This document shows positions 9,087 through 19,215 of a DNA stretch of 64,000 nucleotides, in pieces (positions within the stretch are counted from its first letter, which is position 1; every line of letters begins with the position of its first letter). The notes under the pieces are model-generated. The model was not told where the DNA came from. It saw only the letters and a list, made by a program, of their open reading frames with translations, and made no database searches. The DNA lies in the NCBI GenBank assembly GCA_965215265.1, contig OZ244048.1:352001-416000 (forward strand), in the 5' to 3' direction. A program made the translations under genes and the position numbers. Source of the DNA: Candidatus Poribacteria bacterium (GTDB lineage: Bacteria; Poribacteria; WGA-4E; WGA-3G).

Positions 9087-10646
9087 ATGGAAAAGCAACC
9101 TACTATAACAAAGAGATTCATAGATTCATTTTGCACCGGCGTTCTCACCAATCTCCGAATCTGTTTTCGCCAGCCAGCACTTCTGCACAGATGCCAGCTT
9201 CTTGTATGTGTCGGTATTTTCGTGCTGATTCCGAATGGGTTTGCGGCCGAAACCCCAGCTGTTCCCGCATTTCCAGGCGCAGAAGGTTATGGCGCAATGA
9301 CGCGCGGAGGGCGCGGCGGAAAAGTGATTCCGGTGACGAATCTAAACGACTCTGGACCGGGCAGCTTGCGCGATGCCTGCGAAGCTGAAGGGCCGCGGAT
9401 CGTCGTGTTCACGGTTTCAGGGACTATCACGCTTGACAGTCGATTGAGGCTTTCCAATCCATATATCACCATCGCCGGACAGACAGCACCGGGAGACGGT
9501 ATCTGTATTAAGAAATACCCGCTCTCAATTAATGCAAGTGAGGTTATTATCAGATATATAAGGGTGAGATTAGGTGACGAAACCGGTAATGATGCAGATG
9601 CCATATCCGGAAGGTATCACAAAAACATTATCATTGACCACGTGTCAGCAAGTTGGAGTGTTGATGAAACAGTCTCTATTTACCATTGCGAAAATGTAAC
9701 CATTCAATGGTGTCTGATAGCAGAAAGTATGTACAATGCAGGGCACGTCAAAGGTACGCATGGGTTTGGCGGAATCTGGGGCTCAAACCGCAGCACCTAC
9801 CACCATAATCTGCTGGCACACCACAGCAGTCGAAATCCACGTTTCGCTTCTGGCTGCGGATATAACGATTTCAGAAATAACGTCGTCTATAACTGGGGTT
9901 ATAATAGTGCCTATGGTGGTGAGAAACAACAACCAGGCAAGGAGAATTTGAACTTTGCGGTTATCAACATGGTTGCCAATTATTATAAGCCGGGGCCCGC
10001 AACCCGTCCGGGCGAGGTGACATCTCGAATTGTTAATCCGTACTCACGTAATTCCCCAGAGGGCTTTGGCAAATGGTACGTTGTCGATAATGTTGTTCAT
10101 GGCAATGCAGCTGTCACAGCCAACAACTGGAACGGGGGCGTGCAGCCGCAAGGCGGTGAAGCACATATTGCGAGATTAAAACTTGACCAACCTTTCGCAG
10201 CTGTACCTATCAACCAACAAACCGCTGAAGAAGCCTATTATTCTGTTCTTGACAGCGTCGGTGCCTCCTTGCCGCAACGCGATACAGCCGATGCACGCAT
10301 TATTGACGAAACCCGCCATGGCTATGCAACTTATGAAGGCGTAACATATAAAAAGAATAAGTCCGTTCCCGATAAATCCAAAAAATGCGGTATTATTGAC
10401 TCACAGAAAGATGTCGGCGGATGGCCCGAACTCAAGAGCCTGCCTGCAATGCTTGACAGCGATCGCGACGGTATGCCCGACGAATGGGAAAAGAGATACG
10501 GATTTGATCTTCATGACCCTTCCAACGCCTCACAGGACAACGACAGCGACGGGTACACCAACATTGAGGAATACCTCAACGGAACCGACCCGACGGAGTT
10601 TGTAGACTATACCAAGCCCGAAAACAACGTAAACACGCTGCAGTAA
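9087..10646 (+). CDS. Pectate lyase (PL1-type) with C-terminal Ca-binding repeats
   Basis: PAFPGAEGYG...GGRGG, TIAGQTAPGDGI, IIDHVSASWSVDE, RNPRF, DSDRDGMPDEWE, DGYTNIEEYLN. Confidence 0.9.
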   Translation: MEKQPTITKRFIDSFCTGVLTNLRICFRQPALLHRCQLLVCVGIFVLIPNGFAAETPAVPAFPGAEGYGAMTRGGRGGKVIPVTNLNDSGPGSLRDACEAEGPRIVVFTVSGTITLDSRLRLSNPYITIAGQTAPGDGICIKKYPLSINASEVIIRYIRVRLGDETGNDADAISGRYHKNIIIDHVSASWSVDETVSIYHCENVTIQWCLIAESMYNAGHVKGTHGFGGIWGSNRSTYHHNLLAHHSSRNPRFASGCGYNDFRNNVVYNWGYNSAYGGEKQQPGKENLNFAVINMVANYYKPGPATRPGEVTSRIVNPYSRNSPEGFGKWYVVDNVVHGNAAVTANNWNGGVQPQGGEAHIARLKLDQPFAAVPINQQTAEEAYYSVLDSVGASLPQRDTADARIIDETRHGYATYEGVTYKKNKSVPDKSKKCGIIDSQKDVGGWPELKSLPAMLDSDRDGMPDEWEKRYGFDLHDPSNASQDNDSDGYTNIEEYLNGTDPTEFVDYTKPENNVNTLQ

Positions 10647-10967
10647 CATGCTGCTTGGAGTTATTGCCTAAATAACAGACATTACAGTTCTGACAGTCTG
10701 TTTGCGGTATTTATTTCGCTGACATAGCGTCTGTCCGCACAGATAATAGGATACGCACCGCAGACCCACAGCCCCGCACTCGCTCACAATCATTGGGTGC
10801 TTCGGAAAAAAAACGAAATAGCACAAGTCGTTAATTTTACTGAAATTAGAGACGCTTTCGTGTATAATTATCTCAATAGAGACTGACGCAAATTCCATGT
10901 GCATAATTTCTATGAAAAATTCGGTGACATTCAATCAATAGAGTGAGGAAAGTAGAAAGGATTTCAA

Positions 10968-11255
10968 ATGATACTTGGAAAGGTGACAGGGACAGTTGTC
11001 GCTACGCAGAAAGACGAAAAACTGGTAGGCAGCAAACTGATGATTGTCCAAGATGTAAATCTGGATGGAGAAGTGGATCGCAAATACACCGTTGCGGTTG
11101 ACGCTGTGGGCGCAGGCATCGGTGAAATCGTGCTGATTGCCACAGGCAGCTCAGCACGGCAGACGCGCGTAACCAGCAATAAGCCAGTGGATGCAGTTAT
11201 CATGGCGATTGTGGATACTGTAGAAGTCTGCGGTACAGTTCGATATCAGAAATGA
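10968..11255 (+). CDS. Bacterial microcompartment vertex protein (EutN/CcmL, BMC-P)
   Basis: MILGKVTGTVVATQK...VAVDAVGAGIGE...GSSAR...PVDAVIMAIVD. Confidence 0.95.
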   Translation: MILGKVTGTVVATQKDEKLVGSKLMIVQDVNLDGEVDRKYTVAVDAVGAGIGEIVLIATGSSARQTRVTSNKPVDAVIMAIVDTVEVCGTVRYQK

Positions 11256-11857
11256 ATCTCTCTAAACGGGACTACTTAAATGGAACTGCAAGAAAACGGG
11301 AAGCACTGCGTGCCGAAATTCAACTGCGCCGCGATGAGCTCTCACCGGTGCACCGGACCGCACTCAGTACACAGATTGTCAGTCATCTTAGCAGTTGGAT
11401 GTATGCCAAAGACTTTAATTCAGTGATGCTCTATCTGAACATGAAAAGCGAAGTGGAAACGATGAGCTTGCTTGAATGCCTGCTGCAAGCGGAAAAACAG
11501 GTCAGCGCACCGGTTGTAGATGCACAAAACCAGCAGCTCATTCCGCGTCGAATCCGGCATCCAGAGACTGAATTAGTACGCCATAATTACATTATGCTGG
11601 AACCGAAGGCAACCTGCCCGACTGTTCCTCTATCGGAGCTTGAACTGATTCTCGTCCCGGGCCTCGTCTTCGATCGGCGGGGCCATCGACTTGGATACGG
11701 GACAGGTTTCTATGATAGATTTTTACCGAAGTGCCCTCGCGCCGTAGCAGTTGGAGCCGCTTACGAACTACAACTGGTTGCGGATATCTTCCCGCAACCG
11801 TGGGATATCCCGCTTCATCATATCTTTACAGAAAATGGTGTAGTTACTCCACTGTGA
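11252..11857 (+). CDS. 5-formyltetrahydrofolate cyclo-ligase
   Basis: LVPGLVFDRRGHRLGYGTGFYDRFL signature; ATGA overlap with the BMC-P gene. Confidence 0.92.
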   Translation: MNLSKRDYLNGTARKREALRAEIQLRRDELSPVHRTALSTQIVSHLSSWMYAKDFNSVMLYLNMKSEVETMSLLECLLQAEKQVSAPVVDAQNQQLIPRRIRHPETELVRHNYIMLEPKATCPTVPLSELELILVPGLVFDRRGHRLGYGTGFYDRFLPKCPRAVAVGAAYELQLVADIFPQPWDIPLHHIFTENGVVTPL

Positions 11858-12272
11858 TGAAGGGCTTCAATTGTGCTAATGTTTTCTCGCCAATTCCCTT
11901 TACATTTCCTAAAGCATCAATAGAAGCGAAGCGGCCGTGTTTTTCACGGTACTGTATAATTTTGTGTGCCGTTTGGGGGCCAATTTTCGGCAGCGTTTGG
12001 AGTTGGGTTGCCGTTGCAGTGTTAATATTGAGCAGCGCGAAGTCCAGATTCTTGTTATCTGTGCCGGAATTTCCGTCTACCTGTTCGGATAAGCGCCGCT
12101 CCTCAGGAACAGCGATAAAATCTGGTTTTCCGAGAAACAGTGCCGGAGAGAACCGCCGTAGCCCCCAGAATCCACTGCCAATTAAAATGAGTACCACCAG
12201 AAAAGCTACCGCTTTCCAATAGTGGCGTTCAATATGTGAGTGCTTTGCCGGCCGGAATTCGTTGTTGCTCAC
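11844..12272 (-). CDS. comEA: ComEA-family helix-hairpin-helix DNA-binding protein
   Basis: N-terminal TM segment; LNINTAT...LPKIGPQTA...VKGIGEKT. Confidence 0.85.
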   Translation of the reverse strand: MSNNEFRPAKHSHIERHYWKAVAFLVVLILIGSGFWGLRRFSPALFLGKPDFIAVPEERRLSEQVDGNSGTDNKNLDFALLNINTATATQLQTLPKIGPQTAHKIIQYREKHGRFASIDALGNVKGIGEKTLAQLKPFITVE

Positions 12273-12273
12273 A

Positions 12274-13995
12274 TTAATTTTCCTTAATAACTATCACCTG
12301 ATTTGCAGAGACGTTCTCTACGGTTTGCTCGGTGCCGCTTTGCCAACGTACCACAATGCTATCTACCTGTACCGCTTTGCCGAGCCCGAAATGAAGTCTC
12401 AAATCTCGCTGCGAGAGGTAACCGTCGCCGCTGCGCACCTCACGTATCTGTGTTATATTCCCAGCCGTTACCGTGACGCGTGTACCGATTGCTTCTGCAG
12501 CACCGCTTCGACCGGACAAGTCGATTTGGATCCAATTATTGCGGTTTCCTCCGTCGTTTCGTAACAGCCGAGGAGGTGTATTGGAATTCGTGATGCAAAT
12601 ATCAGTGTCCCCATCTAGATCGTAATCGGCAAAAGTGGCACCGCGGCTTACATCCATTCGTTTCATGCCGGGTCCAAGAATCTCAGAGACTTCAGCAAAA
12701 GTTCCATCGTGCCTGTTTTCAAAAATCAGGTTCCGCTGCCCGTAGGGACCCTCCTGCCCAAGCTCCTCAAGGTTTTCGTGCAGATGGCCATTTGCAACAA
12801 ACACATCAACATAGCCATCGTTATTGTAATCAATAAATGCTGTCGACCAGCCGAGATATGGATACGTGATATGTGCGGTTTTTGTAGAAACCGTCTCATC
12901 CGTGAAGAACCCATCCGTATCGTTATGGTAGACTGTGTTCGTCTGCTCAGCATAGTTCGTGACGGTGAGATCTAACCAGCCGTCGTTGTCCCAATCGCCA
13001 AACGCTGTGCCCATGCCATTTTCAGGTGCCCCGTTCTCGCTGAGAGCGACCCCAATTATGAACCCTACCTCCTCAAATGTGCCGTCGCCCTTATTGCGAT
13101 AAAAGAGATTCTCCGTGGAATCATTTGCAACATAGATATCCGGTGCACCGTCGTTATCATAGTCTCCCCATACAACGCCTAAGCCTTTGCCGGTACGGTT
13201 GTAAATTCCTGACGTTTTCGTCACATCTGTAAAGGTACCGTCTCCATTGTTGCGGAACAACGTATCCGCTTGGGCAGGAAAGTTATCCGGTTCACAGTAA
13301 GCACGTACACCCTTCTCCTTAAGTCCACACCACGGATTTTCATCAAGACTGAAAACGATGTAGTTGACAACATACAGATCGAGATATCCATCTCTATCGT
13401 AATCAGCAAAGGCACAACTGGTACTCCATTTCGGTTCGGCTACTCCTGCCATCGCTGTGACATCCGTAAACGTGCCGTCGCCATTATTACGGTAAAGCCG
13501 GTTCTCACTGTAGTTCGTAACGTACAGGTCGAGATGTCCATCGTTATCGTAGTCGCCTACAGCACAACCGTGCCCGTAACCCGTATCTCCCACACCTGCT
13601 TTTTGGGTTACATCACGAAAAGTGCCATCACCTTGGTTTTGATAGAGAACATTGGTCGGGATTTGTGCAGGCGTGTAACCAGGGAGGGGGGCACCGTTAA
13701 CAAGATACAAATCCGCATCTCCGTCGGAATCGTAATCAAAGAAAGCCGCCCCGGAGCCGAGTGTTTCCATAAAGTATTTTTGTCCGCTGCGACCGTCTAT
13801 GTGCGTCCAATCAATGCCTGCTTTTTGGGTTACATCAACGAATTTAATCCCGGTACCTGAAAAAGCGTCGAATGCTAAGGTTAGGAGAATCAGAAATGCT
13901 ATCCGTATAGAATAAGTTTGCAAGTTAATCGACCAAAACCTCCACGATGCGCAATTCTGTTTAAATAGGATAACATAAGTGAGAGAACGTGTCAA
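12274..13995 (-). CDS. CRTAC1/ASPIC-UnbV family FG-GAP protein
   Basis: GSGAAFFDYDSDGD, repeated NNGDGTFTDVT, SRGATFADYDLDGD, GYLSQ..RLHFGLG. Confidence 0.92.
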   Translation of the reverse strand: MTRSLTYVILFKQNCASWRFWSINLQTYSIRIAFLILLTLAFDAFSGTGIKFVDVTQKAGIDWTHIDGRSGQKYFMETLGSGAAFFDYDSDGDADLYLVNGAPLPGYTPAQIPTNVLYQNQGDGTFRDVTQKAGVGDTGYGHGCAVGDYDNDGHLDLYVTNYSENRLYRNNGDGTFTDVTAMAGVAEPKWSTSCAFADYDRDGYLDLYVVNYIVFSLDENPWCGLKEKGVRAYCEPDNFPAQADTLFRNNGDGTFTDVTKTSGIYNRTGKGLGVVWGDYDNDGAPDIYVANDSTENLFYRNKGDGTFEEVGFIIGVALSENGAPENGMGTAFGDWDNDGWLDLTVTNYAEQTNTVYHNDTDGFFTDETVSTKTAHITYPYLGWSTAFIDYNNDGYVDVFVANGHLHENLEELGQEGPYGQRNLIFENRHDGTFAEVSEILGPGMKRMDVSRGATFADYDLDGDTDICITNSNTPPRLLRNDGGNRNNWIQIDLSGRSGAAEAIGTRVTVTAGNITQIREVRSGDGYLSQRDLRLHFGLGKAVQVDSIVVRWQSGTEQTVENVSANQVIVIKEN

Positions 13996-14062
13996 GGATG
14001 ATATCCATTTTTCGACACACGAGACAATATTTCCTGACTCACCCTAAGGGATTGGGCTCTTT

Positions 14063-15703
14063 TTAGGGATCCTCTTTATATTGTTGAATTTCTACCAAAG
14101 TTTTGTGGAAGTTGCGGTTTTGTGGAGAAATTTTTATCGCAGCACGAATTGCCTTCAACGCATACTGATGCTCTCCTGCTTGGAAATAGGCTAAAGCAAG
14201 CGTTTGAAGATACTGCGGAGCAGGTGCTAAACGGAACGCTTTTTCTGCAAAGGCGATGGCAGTCTCTATCTGGACATTTTTCTGCACGTAAAGTCTCGCC
14301 AGTCCATTGAGTGCATAATGTGCCTCTTCATCCAGCTTTAATGTTGCTTGATAGGCCCGAATTGCCTCGTCAAGCTGGCCGCGGTGATGGTGGATAGCAG
14401 CAATACCGGCCTGTGCTGGAGCTAATGACGGATTAAGTGCGAGCGCATCCGTATAGGCGGTAAATGCCTCATCCAGCCGCCCTTGTTGGTAATAGACAGC
14501 ACCTAAGCCAGCGAGTGGCGCTGCTTGTCCTGGTTCCAGGGTGATTGCCTGGAGATAGGCAGCCTCTGCTGCGTGAAGATTCTCGTTGCGAAAATGCAAT
14601 AAGCCCAATTTGTAATAGGCTGCAGCACGGTAATTCTCACTACCCAGACGCTGATGTTCAAGCAGTGGGCGCTCTACCGTACGTTGATATGCTGCAATGG
14701 CTTCATCAAATTTCGCATACTTTTCGTAGGTTAACCCAAGTTGATAATGTTTTTGCGGGTTGCTCGGTTCAATAACGGTAGCCCGCTCTCGAGTCTCAAT
14801 CTCCTGAGCAATTGCGTTTAAGCGACGGTAAGTTTCCATCGCACGCTGTCCGGCTTTCACCTCTTTCAGCCGGAATAGTGCCTGCGCCAGATTATAGTGT
14901 GCACCGACATGATCAGCTTGTTGTGTGATAACCTGTCGGTATTCTGTCGCTGCGCGTTGAAAATCCCGTTTTTTCATGAGGATTAACCCAAGGCTGTAAC
15001 GAGCAGCGGTGAAATCTGGGTCCAGGCGGACAGCGGCCTCCAAAAACGGAAGTGCCTCGTCAAGTTCGCCCTGCTTTTGATAAATAGCCCCTAAGTTGCC
15101 ATTCGCCATCGGAAGCTCTGGCTGTAGCGCTAACGCTGCTTTGTAATAGTGAATCGCCTTCTCTTTTTCACTAATTGCCTCATAGCAGGAAGCAAGATTC
15201 GTCATCGCTGCCGCAAGATTCGGTGAATGCTTAAGACACTCGTGATATGTCTCAATCGCCTCCACAAATCGGTTCGCTTGCTGATAAGCAGAGGCGAGCC
15301 CGAGCCGTGTCTGTAGCGAATCTGGTTGCAGTTGAATGATATTTTGATAACTGTCAATAGCCTTGTTCACGCGTCCAGTTTTGGCGTAGAGTAACGCAAG
15401 ATTCGCTCTCGCTTGAAAAAGGGTAGGTGCAATCTCCGATGCTCGGTTGAGCGAAATTTCCGCTTCTGCAAAATTTCCAAGTTGGAGATGAACTGTACCT
15501 AATGCAGCATGTGCTTTTGCAAAACGCGCGTCTAATTCAACGGCTTGCTGAAAATTTTGAAGCGCCAATTTGGACTCACCGCGGCGCACTGCTACCATAC
15601 CGCGCGAGTAAAAACCCTCAGCAGTCTCTGCAGAAACGGACACCGCCATATCAATCAGAACGAAACAGAGAAAAATAGCCTGCTGTAACCTTTTTTGCCA
15701 CAT
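14063..15703 (-). CDS. Secreted tetratricopeptide-repeat protein
   Basis: Signal peptide and many 34-aa TPR units. Confidence 0.9.
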   Translation of the reverse strand: MWQKRLQQAIFLCFVLIDMAVSVSAETAEGFYSRGMVAVRRGESKLALQNFQQAVELDARFAKAHAALGTVHLQLGNFAEAEISLNRASEIAPTLFQARANLALLYAKTGRVNKAIDSYQNIIQLQPDSLQTRLGLASAYQQANRFVEAIETYHECLKHSPNLAAAMTNLASCYEAISEKEKAIHYYKAALALQPELPMANGNLGAIYQKQGELDEALPFLEAAVRLDPDFTAARYSLGLILMKKRDFQRAATEYRQVITQQADHVGAHYNLAQALFRLKEVKAGQRAMETYRRLNAIAQEIETRERATVIEPSNPQKHYQLGLTYEKYAKFDEAIAAYQRTVERPLLEHQRLGSENYRAAAYYKLGLLHFRNENLHAAEAAYLQAITLEPGQAAPLAGLGAVYYQQGRLDEAFTAYTDALALNPSLAPAQAGIAAIHHHRGQLDEAIRAYQATLKLDEEAHYALNGLARLYVQKNVQIETAIAFAEKAFRLAPAPQYLQTLALAYFQAGEHQYALKAIRAAIKISPQNRNFHKTLVEIQQYKEDP

Positions 15704-15954
15704 TATGTTGATCCCGAGTATATTGAGTCGCGTGGGATACGATGAAGATGAAAATGATGATGAAATTTTAGCTTAGTCTCTAATCGTGTCGTTATTATAC
15801 ATGTGATTCGTTACATTTGTCAATATTTTCCCTGACATTAAAGCGAAAACCCAACACTTTTCTAGTAAGCATCAAAATTAATTGCTTTCTCGTTCAATTT
15901 CGTGTAAAATTGGAATTTTGGAGGCCATGTAGAAAAAATCAGAATGGAGAAACG

Positions 15955-17880
15955 ATGGAACAAACAAGAGCCAAAGGCGTTACAGGTTTTGAAGCACAGC
16001 GTTCTGAACTAAAAGGAGCTGCAAAGTGGATTTTTGAAATCGGCGCGGTCGGTTTCGTCTTCTTTTATCTCTATAGTGCCGGTTTTGGCAGTGCCGGTGA
16101 ACAGTACCACCTCGGTTTCTATCTGCTGGGGACGTTTGTGCTAATCGGCATACTCTACAAGTTTCGGCCGGAATCCCCTACTACTCGCCCATCTCTATTT
16201 GATATAGGGTTGATTGCACTGAGCGTCGCTTCCATCGGTTATTGGATTGTAGAATACACTGCTTTGGCATATCGTGCCGGGAACTATACCGCGTTGGATA
16301 TCGGGATGGGTGCGCTCGCGCTCGTCATTAGTCTTGAAGCGAGCCGGCGCACCGTCGGCTGGGGGTTACCGGTTATCGCAGCGGTTTGCATCCTCTACGC
16401 GCTCTTTGGCCGCTCTATGCCGGATGCTATTGCACACAAAGGTTTTACACTGTCGCGCATTATCGAGTACTGCTTTTTTAGTCAAGCAGGTATCTTCGGA
16501 ATCATGGCGAATGTGATGGCGACGTATGTGATACTCTTCATTTTCTTCGGTGCGTTCTTAGAGAAATCCGGTGTTGGACAATTTTTTATTAATCTGCCGA
16601 TGTCACTTACGGGAAAATCGATTGGCGGTGCAGCGAAAGTTTCAGTGATTACGTCTGGTTTTTTTGGCTCTGTTGCAGGAAGTGCAATCGCGAACACAGT
16701 AGCGACCGGCGCGTTTACGATACCGTTGATGAAGCGAACCGGCTTCCGCCCACACATCGCAGGGGCAGTTGAGGCATCTGCCTCAGTTGGCGGTCAGTTC
16801 CTACCGCCGGTGATGGGGGCAGGCGCGTTTTTGATGGCAGAACGGACAGGACTCCCCTACAGTCAAATTGCCCTTTTATCTATTGTACCCGCAATACTCT
16901 ATTTCTTATCCGTTTGGGTAATGGTACACTTTGAGGCGAAAAAACAACAGCTAGAAAGCATCCCTGCAGAAGAAATCCCCAAGCTTTTACCGTTGCTCAA
17001 AAACGGGTGGTATTACTTATTGCCATTGCTGACGCTAATAAGTATCCTTATCGCCCGGTATACCGCCTATAAAGCCGCATTTTTCTCGATCCTTGTCACA
17101 ATCGGCGTAAGTTATTTCCGGTCCGACACACGGTTAACACTCAAACGCCTCTGGGAAGCCATGATCATAGGCGGGAAGAATTCGCTCGCCATCGGCGGTG
17201 CTGTCGGTACCATTGGCATCATCGTCGCTGTTATAGACTTAACAGGCTTAGGGCGGATTTTTCCGGAGCTCGTTCTATCTGTCGCAGGTGATAATCGGGC
17301 GATCGCCGTGCTCCTTCTGGCCGCAGCTTCATTAATTTTGGGAATGGGTATTCCGGTCACTGCAGCCTACTTGATTACCTCTGAGCTTGCTGTTCCGATT
17401 CTCATTTCTCCTGAAATGGGTGTCTCTGTCATCGGGGCACATCTGATTATCTTCTGGCTTAGCCAAGATTCTAATATAACGCCGCCTGTTGCTTTAGGTG
17501 CTTATGCCGGTGCCGCTATTGCACGTGCGGATCCATGGAAAACCGGCTGGGCATGCTTTAAGTTCGCCAAACTCTTATACGTTATGCCGCTGCTGTTCGC
17601 CTATACCCATATCTTGTTCGACGGAACGCTCGTTCAAAACACTTTGTCTGTCGTGACAGCTGTTGTCGGAACCGTCATCTTTTCGATGGTAACGATGGGG
17701 TATTTTGTGCAAAAGACAAAATGGTACGAGTGGTGCCTCTTGGCACTTTCTGCGTTCCTCGCGTACATCTATAACATCTGGTCTTTCATGATTGCCGTAG
17801 CCATAGTCACTGTCATCTATTTTGTTCAAAAAAAACGAGAAGTGTCAATCCGCGGCAATGGCGGGAACACAGCGATATAG
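15955..17880 (+). CDS. TRAP transporter fused 4TM/12TM permease (TAXI-type)
   Basis: GSAIANTVATG.FTIPLMKRTG, GGQFLPPVMGAGAF, SNITPPVAL. Start set at ATG 15955 after GGAG. Confidence 0.92.
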   Translation: MEQTRAKGVTGFEAQRSELKGAAKWIFEIGAVGFVFFYLYSAGFGSAGEQYHLGFYLLGTFVLIGILYKFRPESPTTRPSLFDIGLIALSVASIGYWIVEYTALAYRAGNYTALDIGMGALALVISLEASRRTVGWGLPVIAAVCILYALFGRSMPDAIAHKGFTLSRIIEYCFFSQAGIFGIMANVMATYVILFIFFGAFLEKSGVGQFFINLPMSLTGKSIGGAAKVSVITSGFFGSVAGSAIANTVATGAFTIPLMKRTGFRPHIAGAVEASASVGGQFLPPVMGAGAFLMAERTGLPYSQIALLSIVPAILYFLSVWVMVHFEAKKQQLESIPAEEIPKLLPLLKNGWYYLLPLLTLISILIARYTAYKAAFFSILVTIGVSYFRSDTRLTLKRLWEAMIIGGKNSLAIGGAVGTIGIIVAVIDLTGLGRIFPELVLSVAGDNRAIAVLLLAAASLILGMGIPVTAAYLITSELAVPILISPEMGVSVIGAHLIIFWLSQDSNITPPVALGAYAGAAIARADPWKTGWACFKFAKLLYVMPLLFAYTHILFDGTLVQNTLSVVTAVVGTVIFSMVTMGYFVQKTKWYEWCLLALSAFLAYIYNIWSFMIAVAIVTVIYFVQKKREVSIRGNGGNTAI

Positions 17881-17894
17881 TAAGTTCTCATGGC

Positions 17895-18797
17895 TCATCG
17901 CTCATCGACAATTTCCTGAAGTCGCTGTAAAATATTTTCAGCAGCGAGGCGGGCTGTCCGATCATTAAATTCCTCTACCGCTTTTCCAGCACGATAGGGG
18001 TTTCCTTGATAGTAACGTGCAAAAATATAGGTTGCCCACAAAATAGCATCAATGTAGTGCCCATCTAATATAGCATCAACGGTAACAAATCCGAGTGCCC
18101 CGTTTAGGATAAGTGCATTTAACCCGTCTTGCCAATTTCCAGCGTAGACCTGGCCTGCTCCAGGCAAGATTGCTGATAGCAGCTTTGCCAATTTAACAGA
18201 TTTTCGTGGGGCATTGCGGGCTTGCTCAAAAAGTAACCGAAGCCTTCCGTCGTTAGTGTAGACTTGCAATGCCTCGTGTGCTTCTCCCAACCGAAACTGG
18301 TAAAGGTAAGCGATGCCTTCCAAGAACCGTGCTCGCTGATATAGCGCCGCCGAAGGTTTCCGCATCCTCATTTTTATCAATTCAAGTACGCCAAGATCGT
18401 AATTTCCACTGGCAATTAGTATGACAGCCAGCTCTAATTGTCGTTCCGATTTCTCTACTTCATTCGTAGTGTATTGGAACGCGGTGCGCATCGCAGCAAT
18501 TGCCTCTGGCCACATTCTCTGTGCCCGGTAAGCAAACCCGATGTTGCGGTACGCTTCTCCTACGCTTACATTATCAGGCTGGAAGAAGAGGAAACGTTTA
18601 TACTCAGTGATGGCAGCGTCATAGTTACCCAGGAAAAAAAAATGGTCACCGAGGGCTAAGGGTGTCTCTGCAGCTTTGGGTAAATTCTGCTGTTCTGCGT
18701 TTATACTGAAACAGCAAAACAGCGAAAAGAGTATGAATATGAAGAAGAGAGGGAATACCGGTTGTTTTAAGAGCACCAGGGCACTAGTTTTTCTCAT
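17895..18797 (-). CDS. TPR protein with C-terminal TM2/DUF5683-like membrane domain
   Basis: TPR helices followed by KSVKLAKLLSAILPGAGQVYAG; paralog of 22273-23157. Confidence 0.75.
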   Translation of the reverse strand: MRKTSALVLLKQPVFPLFFIFILFSLFCCFSINAEQQNLPKAAETPLALGDHFFFLGNYDAAITEYKRFLFFQPDNVSVGEAYRNIGFAYRAQRMWPEAIAAMRTAFQYTTNEVEKSERQLELAVILIASGNYDLGVLELIKMRMRKPSAALYQRARFLEGIAYLYQFRLGEAHEALQVYTNDGRLRLLFEQARNAPRKSVKLAKLLSAILPGAGQVYAGNWQDGLNALILNGALGFVTVDAILDGHYIDAILWATYIFARYYQGNPYRAGKAVEEFNDRTARLAAENILQRLQEIVDER

Positions 18798-18861
18798 CCC
18801 TTTATGATATATGATTTAGTTTGCTTTCGGCAGTGTTTAAACTGTAGTAAGGATCTGATTC

Positions 18862-19215
18862 TCATCCTAGTGTCTCCGCTTCAGTTAGAGGGTGCCATTC
18901 GCATCGATAAAACTCAAAATCCTCTAGTGTGGGTTCAAGGGTTGCCTTGCTAGCTAGCTCTGTTACTCGTTTCTGTAACTTCACAATTAACATCACATCC
19001 CCGATTTCCAGATCTGCCTGTTCGCGAGACACTGCAATTTCGACATTTGTCAACCCCTTGATTAGGCGAGCCGTTTCGGGATAACCGATATAACTCCGGA
19101 AGTTCGCCGCTGCATCGGCATCCTTCAACATGGTGCAAAATTCAGAACGTGAAATCTGTTTCAGGGTATATTGTCCCTCAGTAGGCATAACAGCGGCATT
19201 AAGTAATAGAATCAT
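18862..19215 (-). CDS. DUF1874 / STIV-B116 / AcrIII-1(Crn2)-like protein
   Basis: LLNA...ISRSEFC...SYIGYPETARLI...SR....L..GD..LIVKL..R matches the family pattern. The usual IGH motif reads IGY. Confidence 0.78.
   Translation of the reverse strand: MILLLNAAVMPTEGQYTLKQISRSEFCTMLKDADAAANFRSYIGYPETARLIKGLTNVEIAVSREQADLEIGDVMLIVKLQKRVTELASKATLEPTLEDFEFYRCEWHPLTEAETLG

Noticed and set aside
8840-10680. Integron cassette with attC sites
   Set aside because: The flanking motifs are too short, have the wrong arrangement for attC, and no integrase is present. Kept only as a weak repeat finding.
10647-10967. 6S RNA upstream of the 5-formyl-THF cyclo-ligase
   Set aside because: The BMC gene intervenes and I see no long rod-like self-complementarity.
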